Shown here: piece by piece, positions 24,739 to 34,130 of the stretch
Layout: each line of letters opens with the position of its first letter
Position numbering within the stretch: position 1 is the first letter of the stretch
From: Spizellomyces punctatus DAOM BR117
Lineage: Eukaryota
Assembly: GCA_000182565.2 (NCBI GenBank)
Contig: KQ257473.1
Direction: 5' to 3' (one strand)
Length of the DNA: 64,000 nucleotides
Notes under the pieces: model-generated
Database searches by the model: none
Seen by the model: the letters and a program-made list of their open reading frames with translations, nothing else
What the model was told of the DNA's origin: nothing
Program-made: the position numbers and the translations under genes

Positions 24739-25954
24739 TTAATCCAATTCCTTCGGCGGAGGAAAGCGCTTCACACGCTCCAGCAATTTGGCAAGTGGTA
24801 TGGCGGTGAACGAGATATAGTTCCGCAGTTGATAGGTCTGCTGTGACACAGCCTGGTCAGCCAAGATGCGCCGTGCCGATGCTGTGCGCTCAGGGTCGGC
24901 AGTAAGCCGCTGCCAGAGGGCTACCCTCTCCTTTTCTTTCATTCTCTGGAAGGTGTTAACCGAGAAGCCGTTTTTGCCGTTTTTACATAGAAGGAGACCA
25001 GGGCCAACGATGACCGCCAAACGCGCGAGAAACTCGCCATACTGGACCAGTCGACTTAGAGGCGTTGTGTTTTTACCGACGGTCCATGCGGCGATTTCGA
25101 TTTTGTACATCTTTTGGAGGACATGTTGACTAAGATAGGTTAGGGTTAAAGTTTTAGGGCTTACACGGATTTGAAAGGTGCGTTACCTACCGCCAGATCC
25201 TGGTGTCCAGAAGCTTGCTATAACGGAATTTCGATACTAGCTTCTCATTAAACTTTCTCCTTTGGAGCCCAGCGGGCCACCCTTTTGCATTGTACGACTT
25301 GTAAAGTTTCCGGGACAGATTCTCGAAAATTGCGTACATGGCAACCGCCCGACGGTTTGGAAACTTTAGGACTGCTGGCGAGACAGGGTCAATATCTTGG
25401 TTTTGACGAATTGCGTTTGCTACGTTTTCGAATACATGCCATGGATGCATTGTCAGTAGAGTCACCTTTTACTTGCAAAAGCATGAGTTCCATACCTTGT
25501 TCCTTCGTTAGCGCTTTGGTGCGACAAAGGTTCCTTACGTTTTCGGGCAACTGCTTCTTATACTTTTGAAGAATGCTGCATGTTTCCTGAGCAGCAAATA
25601 ACATGTCGTTCATCGATACTGGAGTAATTTGGGTAATTTTTCCAAACATGGCATCGGCTACAAAGGATGTGTGACCAGATTAGTCTGCGAACTAGGTCTG
25701 AATCTTTAACATGCCTCTTCACTTACCCCCCCGACACCTTCGCTTTTGGCTGCGAAGCAGGAGCATCTTCGCTAGTTTTGTGCTGAGATAACTGTCTCTT
25801 GTCCCAAAGACTCTGGACTTTGGTATTGGAGGAAGGCGGTCTCCACAGACTGTTGCTGCGATGCAGCTCCAGTAGAAGAGCCTTGCACGTTCACTGTGCC
25901 CGGATGTCGTCGGGCGGCCGCTTTTGCTACTGTTTGGGCTAAGAAGTTTGGCAT
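24739..25954 (-). pseudogene. Orphan paralogue, long copy, probably disrupted
   Basis: MPNFLAQTVAKAAARR hits TAG at 25772 before the conserved intron; ADAMFGKITQITPVSM aligns with the copy 1 last exon; downstream segments are in different frames. Confidence 0.45.
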
Positions 25955-26613
25955 GATATCGATTGAAAAATGATTTCGATCACGAAATAAACAAAGTAGC
26001 TTTGCGTAGAGCTTTATATCGTGTCTCCTCAAAAAGTCTATTTTGTTACCGTGAACCTTCCTTACTACAATCGAGACCCCTGCGGTTTGGGGTTAAGTCT
26101 TGATTGCACTATGCACTAGAAATCTAGTGTGATGAAGAATTCGAACAGGAGCACTGCGTTATCTGATCATCCCAGGTATTCTGTTCATATCACAAACTAC
26201 TCTGTTGATAAAAGTTTTCATGGATACTCCAAGCTCCCTCAAGATGTCACAAAACAAGTGAATGCAACATATCCAAAAATTGAGCAATGCCAACAGCAGA
26301 ACGAGCTAATGACATGGATTCCTCTACTTAGTCTTTGTGTATTGTTCAATATTGGATCAACATCAACGCATGCCAACCGTGGGACACGTTAATGACACAG
26401 ATTCCTCTATTAGTGTCTTGAACCAGACAATACTATGTTGCACTTTATGAATGAAACAAACTGGACAGTATAAATGAAAACCATCGGGTGATGGGTAACT
26501 GCATTAAAGATCATCGAACATATGGACAATGCTCCCTCAACAAATGACACCAGTCCTACAAGTATAGTACACAGAAAAACAGAAAAACCAAAAAAAAACC
26601 GCACACAATCTCC

Positions 26614-28409
26614 TCACAGGTCCCTCTTTGCATACTCTGTCATACTCCTATACTCTGGCGGCGGAGGACTCCGCAACCCACCTCCATCAGCATTACTATC
26701 ACCTTGTTCACTCCCTCGTTCACTTATGGGCTCACTTGCGTGTTCAACAGCGGGTGACACGCTTGCCGAATAATGTTCTTGAGAACTCGTAGTTGGGGAA
26801 AGCGGGGGTGGAATGTAAATGGGGAGAGTACCGCGCGTTGGGTCGAGGATGTAGGCCCATGTTCCTCCTTCGTAGTTTTCTGGTTTGGGAGGTGTGGGTG
26901 AGCCCGGGGGTGTTGGAGGGACCTGCGGTTGTTGCTGTATGGGTTGCTGTTGAGAGAACGAGGGCTGTTGCTGTACTTGCTGCGGCAGCTGCAGCTGCTG
27001 CTGTTGTTGTTGTTGCTGTGGTTGCTGCTGCAGCTGCAGCTGTTGCTGTGGTTGTTGCTGGGCGGAATGGAATTGTTGTGGAATGGGTGCAAGGAAGGGA
27101 GCTTGAATAGGTGACGGACTATGTACTGGCTGCTGCAATGCTGCCGGCATCTGCCCCTCCGAACGTGCTGCATATCCCGTGCCAGGGTCTCCCTCCCACA
27201 TCCGCGCTCTCCACCAATCCCAGTCCATTTCGCGATCCCTCCGCCCCGCTGAGCCGTCAACCGTACTGGCCCCCTCCTCATCGATTGCAAACCGCTTTTC
27301 TTCCTTTTTCCGATTCCGTTTGGTAAATGCATATATGCCCGCGCAGAGTAGGAGCGCCAAAAGGACCGCGCCGAGAGTGATGAGGATGATTGCGTATGTG
27401 GGGAGACTAGTGGATGACGCGGGATCTGTCGTTGTCGCGTTTGCGACTGGGGAAGGAGGAGGAGCGGCGAGGACGGTCAAACGAGTCCCAGCAGCGCACT
27501 TTGAAAAAAAAAAAATCAATACGCAAAACACAAAAATACATACGCAAACAAGGAACGCACCTGAATATTCCCAACCGTAAAATGTCCAATCACCGTCCAT
27601 GTATCCGCCGCAAGCGGGATCGGTCCGACGCTAAAATCCTGTTCCGGGAATCCCACCTGCGCTTCCGTCGCTGTCGCGAGAACATATGGGATGCTCAGAT
27701 TATGGGCGTTGGGTTGGTAGTACCATGGTTCACAGGCGCTCTGAATGTTGCAAGTGGATTAGGTATTTGGGGCAGTTGGGACTGGATATAAGACGTACAT
27801 AATTTTGGCGGCAGAAATGGATGTTGAGATGTGTGATGCAGCTACAGCGGTTCTTTTATGAGTAAGATCTTGCTTGCCTTGTAAAAATATTGAGAAGCAC
27901 ATACCAATTATCTATGGGACAAGCGTACTCTATGAGCTTTTGCACTGAAATAGGATCACAGTAAAGCGGATACTTACCAGCAGTCATACTAGCTCTGTCC
28001 CCAGAACAAGCCGGTCGTCCGCCCGGAGCAACCCTCCTCAAACACAAATCCGTAAAGTTGGACGAATTGGGCATAGGCCTCACAATCCCATTATTCTCTG
28101 AATAAAATCTCGCATCAAAGCTCACGCGCATTCTCGCGACGACGGGTTTGGTCTCGACGGGTTGGGGATCTGATAGGTTGCTCAGGTGGATGGTGACGCC
28201 TGTGATGGGGAGAGTTGTTCCTGGGTTCGAGGGATTATCGTTTGTGTCTTTTTCAAGTGTGAGCGGTCTCATCAAATCCGTTTAGAGAAAGTGTGAGCTA
28301 ACTTACAGGTATAGCAATGTGTTCCTGGATCCCCACTCATCCAGTGATCGCTGCCCACACCACATACCAGCAGAAAAAGTAGCGCACATGAAAAGAATCG
28401 ACCAGCCAT
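26614..28409 (-). CDS. Type I membrane protein with Gln/Pro-rich cytoplasmic tail and PPEY motif
   Basis: Signal MAGRFFSCALLFLLVCGG; several introns; TM YAIILITLGAVLLALLLCAGIYAF followed by KRNRKK; polyQ; PPPPEY. Confidence 0.7.
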
Positions 28410-29136
28410 CCTGATTTCAGAATCTCAACAAACATGAAATGGAATATGGAAGCAAAACAGCTCCGGTCAGATTGAATATTTATTTACAAGCAGAAAAACA
28501 AGACATTTAGTGCCATTGGCGCATGCAATGGGTAACCCTGCTCTACTACTTTTTCTTTCCCCCCTTTTACTACGCACACCAATCCGCAGGACAACCCATC
28601 ACATGCATTGCTCTTTTCAGCAGCCAAGCCCTCCGTTTTAATCTTTTAATCCGCAGTGCAGACGACTGAAGATGAGTAACAAAACGAGAGGAACTTGGGC
28701 GTAATCCACGTGGGTTCAGGGTTGAGTGTAGGCTGAGTCTGTGCACACCTTCAGTTCAAGGGAGTGTGATTCCTTTTACCGCTCTGCAAGGATGAGTAGG
28801 CTTAAAGTTCATTGGCAACGATTGGCAACGATTCGTTCATCGACTCTTTTTCAGACCAAGGGCCAGAAATAACAAACCTTGAAAACCAAAAAGACTATCG
28901 CTAAATCGCCTGATTACGTCAGCTTTGATAAAGCCAGAAATGGCATATCTGGAAGACGAACGATGAGCAAACATAACGTAATGGTTGTCCAGGACGGGCC
29001 AAATGTTGATTAACCCTAATTAAGTAAACAGGAGTAAGATTGCATGGCACAGTCATACTATTAGATGTCCTAAGAGTTCATTATCCCTTTTATGGTAAGT
29101 CCGAATGGTGTGCAGTCCCGCGACGCGTTGACCGAA

Positions 29137-29144
29137 TATAAAAG
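29137..29144 (+). promoter_or_regulatory. TATA box of the nuclease gene
   Basis: TATAAAAG followed by a long CT-rich leader and ATG at 29338. Confidence 0.55.
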
Positions 29145-29337
29145 CAGGACGTGTTTCCGTTTCCCCCCCGCTCTTTCCCTCGCTTGTCTTCTCGTGTGGA
29201 TCGCTCTCTCGCTTCTTCTCGCTTCCTCTCGCTTCCTCTCGCTTTTTGATAAGTTCTCCGTTCTTCGCTTCGTTTCCGTTGCAGACTTCACCCGGGTGTT
29301 TTTTTTTTGTAGCCTTCTTTTTTTTGTTTTCACAGAT

Positions 29338-31811
29338 ATGAACAACATGAACAACAACAACAACAACAACGCTGGGTCCTCTAGCTCCTCCGACGCCAAC
29401 AACAAGAGGTAAGCTTGAGGGTTAAGCTTACTTTGGGGAGGGGTTCAAGTGGACGTTTATCGACCCCTCCGTGTGTGTTGGGACTGACGGCTATTCAAGA
29501 GAGCGGCGTTCATGTTGGTGCACATGTTCGTAAAATCTGGTCAGTGTGACGTTGTGCCTGGTCCGCACATCCTCTCGCACTGGACAGCCGTGACCTCGAC
29601 ACGGAGGGACTGCGTACCAGACCTGAGTAGGGATTGGCGTGTTCACTCACCTGTTGTAACACCCGCGCGGGTTAATCTGTATCACTAGGTCGTCTGGTCT
29701 CTGCGGTTTTGACCAAGCGGCAGGGTACATAGCGGCAGGCGGTCTTTTGATGCATCGATCCCAAAATGCATGGCGATGCTAGAGCTTGATTTTGGCCTTT
29801 CGGCTGCGTCTTGCTGACAAGGGCCTCAGGTGCCTGCGCGGATATTGGGCGTTCAAGTTGGGATGCGGGCGTTTATTGGCCATATTCGTAAAGCTCGGCA
29901 CTTCGTGTCGACCCGTATCTGTGAATGAAAAAACTGTGAGAATGTATCTACGCCAGTCCATGGGGACGTTTCCCGCTGAGGCGTCTTCGTGCGGCGGGGT
30001 AGCCAGCACCTCACGGCCCATATATCGACGCAGTGTCCATTAGAACTATGTATAAGGGGACGTGAGATTGAATCAATGCTAACTTCCTCCCCTTATCTAG
30101 GAACAAGACCGCCCACCAATATGTGCGGGAAAGGCTGCTCAAGAGCTATCTCGGTAACGAGGAAGGGGTATGAAGAAATGAGCTTTATATTTGATATCAC
30201 TGTTTAGCTTACACCAGTCTCTATACCTTATAGGTTCTGTTTGCGCGGTACTTCCGTCTGCAATCAATTGCGGATATGGAGAGCAAGCTACAGGACGCCC
30301 TTACTGTGTGCAGCCAGGACAAGAGCCTCGTGGTGAGGCAGAACGCGAAGAGCACACTTGGTCGGGTGGGGGTATGTAAGGCAACGCTGCGATGGCTTCT
30401 GTTCGCCCCCCCCCCCTTCTAACCTATACCTCTTTAGAATATTCTGGCTTCAAGGCCTGTTGCGGAAGCGCTGGCAAAAATTGCCAGAGCTCATGCTAAG
30501 CAGCAGACAACAAACGTCCCTCTTAGCAATAAGAGGGCCCATCCGGAGGAGGACGCTGCTGAGATGGGCAGCGCGTCCAACTCTATGTCTGCTGCGCAGG
30601 GCGGCGATCACGTGGGGGCAATGGAAGCCATTGTTAATGTCTTCCCTGCCCTTTATCGTGATCGCATTAGGGCACACATGAGCAACGGGGCTGCCCTAGG
30701 GCTTCTTTTGGCCAGCGGTATCATGGATTGTGCTTTCCGCAGTCTTTTGGTGCCAACGGTGCTCTCTAAAGAGCAGGTGCGCGAGTTCGTTAGTGACAGG
30801 AAAACTAGCAGCCCGCGTACCTCAGAAGAAGTCCTAGCATATGTTGAGAGCGTGCTCAACAAAGAGACGCCAGCGGAAGCTGAGAGAGTTGCCCAAGAGC
30901 CGGCATCCGAAGCTGTTCCTGTTCCAGGGACCCTTCTCAAGAAACAGCACGCCGGGTCTTCCAAGGCAAGAGATGCTCTTTATGATCTCTATCGCGCAAG
31001 AAGACCCTTGGTAAAATCTATCAAGGAGGCAATTAAGCAGGGACATGCATCTGAGCTGCGGTATGCTCAGAACTTGCTGCGTGAATTCCTCTTCTTTATC
31101 AACAGCGAGGTCAATCCTTTGCTTGAGATAAGGTCGGAAGGGTGGATTTCCAGCAATGTCCTTGTGCCGCTGATAGATAAGCTGTTTGCAAGGGAGGGCC
31201 GCTGGGAAGTGGTGAGAGGTGAAACCTGTTCATCCAGTAGCAGTGAGCGGATGCAGCGCGAGGGCAACCCTCTCGACGCCAAACCGTCTGGCCACAAACT
31301 GGACGGGGCGGTGCATGTGAGGAATTCCATGGATTTGGAAATCCTCATTTGGGAGACAAAACCTGTAACAGTTTGGCAGGACCGTAAAGCTGTTACAGGT
31401 GATAGGGTGAAGCTTATTCGGGGCATGAAAGATGCCTTGGATAAGGTCATTCGGCATCATGACTTTCATCTGCTCAAACTGGAAAAGATTGCCAAGGTAG
31501 AGGTGTATGGTATACAGACGTCCGCCTTTGAAGTTGTTGGTTTCGTTGCAAACCGCAGCCCAGAAGGCGCGACGATCATACTTCCTCTGCTGAAGTTTGA
31601 TTTTCCGACGATCTGGGATGAAAGATGTCGTTTGTTGAATGCGGTTGAGGAGATGTTGAGATTGAAAGCACGAATGGTTGAGCAGGTGAACTACTGGGCA
31701 TCTCTTCAACAGAGTGTGTCTCGTGCTCGCCGGCAATCCGATCGTGTCTTGGAGCCGTTACCGGCTTCAATTACTCAACATACTCCTGGCAAGCGGCAGC
31801 GCACCGCTTGA
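29338..31811 (+). CDS. Putative PD-(D/E)XK restriction-endonuclease-fold protein, 549 aa; exons 29338-29408, 30101-30167, 30234-30371, 30438-31811
   Basis: The four exons join in one open frame using donors GTAAGC, GTATGA, GTATGT and TAG acceptors. Motif GHKLDG (Asp 31302-31304) ..EILIWETK (31353-31361) ..DRVKLIRGMKDALD..VYGIQ fits PD-(D/E)XK. Confidence 0.75.
29409..30100 (+). ncRNA. 692-nt highly structured intron / candidate intronic ncRNA
   Basis: GTAAGC..GCTAAC(30078)..TAG; about 10x longer than the two 66-nt sister introns; at least ten nested helices readable by eye and an internally repeated motif. Confidence 0.6.
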
Positions 31812-31823
31812 AGGGGTGAATGA

Positions 31824-32077
31824 CGCGGGATCTTCCAGAATGATCGTACGGTTGGGATTGGCATTGCGCAATCTGGAAGTCCCGCGGAACCGCTCATTCA
31901 CCCTGCACCGCAAACAACAAACCAAGTCAGAGCGCATAGCTTGGGGTGACTAGATGTTGGTTCTTCCAGATAAGATCGTACTGTTGGGGTTGGTAATGCG
32001 CCATCTGGTAGTCCGCCATCTACTTCGCTTCCAGATAATGATCGTACGGTTGGGTTGGGAGTGCGCCATCTGGAAGT
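31824..32077 (+). repeat. Three copies of a conserved hairpin (31824-31886, 31951-32022, 32027-32077) in the nuclease 3' region
   Basis: Core CTTCCAGA..GATCGTAC-KGTTGGG(N)TTGG-NNN-TGCGCMATCTGGWAG; outer stems differ in sequence but keep pairing. Confidence 0.85.
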
Positions 32078-32257
32078 AGGGTCGAGAGCTGAGCGAAAGC
32101 GCACATCGCTTGATAGAGGCAGCGGGGTGCTTCTCTGATTCCTTGATGGGTTTATTCTCTTTGTTGTGCACAATACGCAGCAGGCCTTGAAGGACTTCCC
32201 TAAAGAGAGACTCAGGTCTCTCACCCTGGGAAGATACGGCGGAGTTCATGCCGCCGG

Positions 32258-32316
32258 GGGTAATGCAGCTATAGTGGTCCCAAGCCCACGACTCTTTTGA
32301 GGATGCAGAGGGACCC
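32258..32316 (+). ncRNA. Twister self-cleaving ribozyme (type P1)
   Basis: GGG-TAA-TGCA-GC-TATA-GTGG-TCCCAAGC-CCAC-GA-CTC-TTTT-GAG-GA-TGCA-GAGGGA-CCC: P1 GGG/CCC, UAA cleavage loop, P2 TGCA/TGCA, P4 GTGG/CCAC, loop UCCCAAGC, pseudoknots TCCC/GGGA and GC/GC, P5 CTC/GAG. Confidence 0.92.
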
Positions 32317-32353
32317 ATAGGAAAGATTTCCGTAAATAGAATGTACATGAAAT

Positions 32354-32359
32354 AATAAA
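32354..32359 (+). terminator. Candidate polyadenylation signal AATAAA
   Basis: AATAAA followed by a GT/T-rich tract, about 40 nt after the ribozyme. Confidence 0.45.
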
Positions 32360-32523
32360 TATATGTGTGTTTTCTTGTGTGTAAAGCACTCACTTGGACG
32401 ATGATGCCCGTGATTACATGTACAATGAGCGGACAGAAGCTTATCAGATTACGTGATTTTTACGCGTTGACTTTACACTTGCCAAAAACACACGCATAAC
32501 ACACATACGTTACTTTTCTGCTC

Positions 32524-33454
32524 ATGACTGCATACGGGATTGGAGGATGTCGTCTGAATGCACACGACGATGGAGATTCAGGTTGCTCGCTCTCTATTCC
32601 CTTCAAGACCTCGGTTCGCTCCGTCTCGCCTGCCTTGACGCGTTCCCCAGCCTCCTCTCCAACCTTGTCTGCAGCCACAACAATGAGTGGGATGACAAAC
32701 AAGAATGGCATGTCACGTAGCATGTCGAGTTTGAGAGTGGGGAGCCGCCAACGGACATGGACCGATGGACCCGTCAAAATTCCATCTCCCAGTCCATCTC
32801 TGCCCGACGATACATCTCTCACGCCCACAGCCCTCATCCAAACCCTCAAGTCCCTCTATTCCTCCTCCCCAACCAATCAATCCACAGCGCTCGTTCACTA
32901 CGACCCTCAAACAACATTCACAACGCCCCTCTTGCACATTTCTGGGACTAAAAATCTCGCGCAAGTATTTAGTCTCTTGCCGACGCTATGTACCTGTGTG
33001 GATTTGGACGTTCACGGTGTTTATGAGGGGGTTGTGAATGGTGTGCCTATTGTTCTCTTTCATGTACGTATTGTGTTTTTGGTATTTGCCATTTGCATCT
33101 CGCCCTTCCCCGGCGCACACGTTAGTCATCTCTACAACTGCATGCATTGATCCAATCTTCTTTCATTAGACAACCACAACGCTTCACCTCAAACCCGCCC
33201 TCTTACCTCCCCTCAGATTCCCATCGACTCATAAACTCGCATACACGACAAGCATCCAATCCCACACACACGATTTCTCAATCATTGATCTCATGACTGG
33301 GATTCCCATCCTTGGATCCGTGTATGAGTATGTACGGCCTATTGTGGGGTCAGTGGCATGTCGGGTTGTGAAGAGAGTGTTGGGGACAGGTGAGCGGACT
33401 GCGACTGTCTTCGATGTGCAGGTTGTGGAAAAAAAGTGGTGGAGGTTGTGGTAG
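32524..33454 (+). CDS. Hypothetical protein with possible NTF2/SnoaL-like domain (exons 32524-33063, 33170-33454)
   Basis: In-frame splice GTACGT..TTAG; LKSLY..HYDPQTTFTTPL..G..I pattern; stop 33452-33454. Confidence 0.6.
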
Positions 33455-34130
33455 AACCGTTTACAGTTTATTGCATGGATATCTCTATCACATACATGTT
33501 ATCGCATACATTACAAATGTACAGTTGAAAAATAAACTGTTTATCGCCCACTCCCATTTCGATATATCACAATGCTTCACAAACACAAAAAAAAACGTTC
33601 CTGCGGGCAACCGATAACAACAAACTTCCGGAATGGTCCGCTAATTTTGCACACAAAAATCATCCTCAATTGCGCCCACCGTTCTCCTTTACAAAACCTT
33701 TACAAAAACAACTCTACCGACCATCAGCACCGAACTGCAAGCAAACATTGCCAAAATAGAGTCATATGCAATACATTCCACATCATCGCTTTCCTACCCC
33801 AAACAAAACACACGCATAAAAACACCGATATCAAATATCCTATCGAGAACTGCGATACTTTTTGGGTTTACCCGCATCCGGGATCACGACACGTGTCTTT
33901 CGACGAGTGGCGTCTGAAAAGAACATTCCAAACTCAAAAACCTTAAAACTTAAAGCCACATGACCTCAAAGTAGGAATTCCTTACTTCCTTGCAGTTCCG
34001 ATCCTGCAGATAAACGTCATGAAAAAACCCGATTGCGGAATATCCTTATCTACTCTTAAAATGTATCAGCAAGGGATATATAAACACCTCATCCCCCAAC
34101 CCCCACCCCAACAAAAACCCACAAGGAATT

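Larger units (their letters stand above)
22445..26500. repeat. Diverged tandem duplication (unit 1 about 22445-24055, unit 2 about 24055-26500)
   Basis: Colinear shared blocks: CAAATGTGCTTGTAAAT..TCACACAAGGAG, AGTGTAAATGTA, GACCAGATTAGTCTGCGAAC, TGATTTCGATC..TAAACAAAGTAG, TGAAGAATTCGAACA, ACTTTATGAATGAAACAA. Confidence 0.85.

Noticed and set aside
28640..28835. Possible structured RNA upstream of the nuclease gene (ACTGAAG/CTTCAGT; ATTGGCAACG tandem)
   Set aside because: Only one or two short helices and no ribozyme consensus; not distinguishable from chance.
29011..29019. TAACCCTAA as a telomerase RNA template
   Set aside because: Single 9-mer upstream of the TATA box with no recognisable pseudoknot; more likely a telobox or chance.
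29409..30100. Group I intron, TPP riboswitch, RNase P/MRP or SRP identity for the long intron
   Set aside because: A P7-like pairing (29609-15/30028-34) exists but I could not place the other core elements; TPP, P4 and SRP helix-8 consensus words are absent; ends are spliceosomal GT-AG.
30438..31811. Fanzor/TnpB identity for the nuclease
   Set aside because: No RuvC D-E-D pattern or zinc finger; the motif fits PD-(D/E)XK instead.
28903..32460. Terminal inverted repeats or target-site duplication bounding the nuclease unit
   Set aside because: Only weak similarity between 28910-28935 and 32435-32460; boundaries cannot be fixed from one copy.
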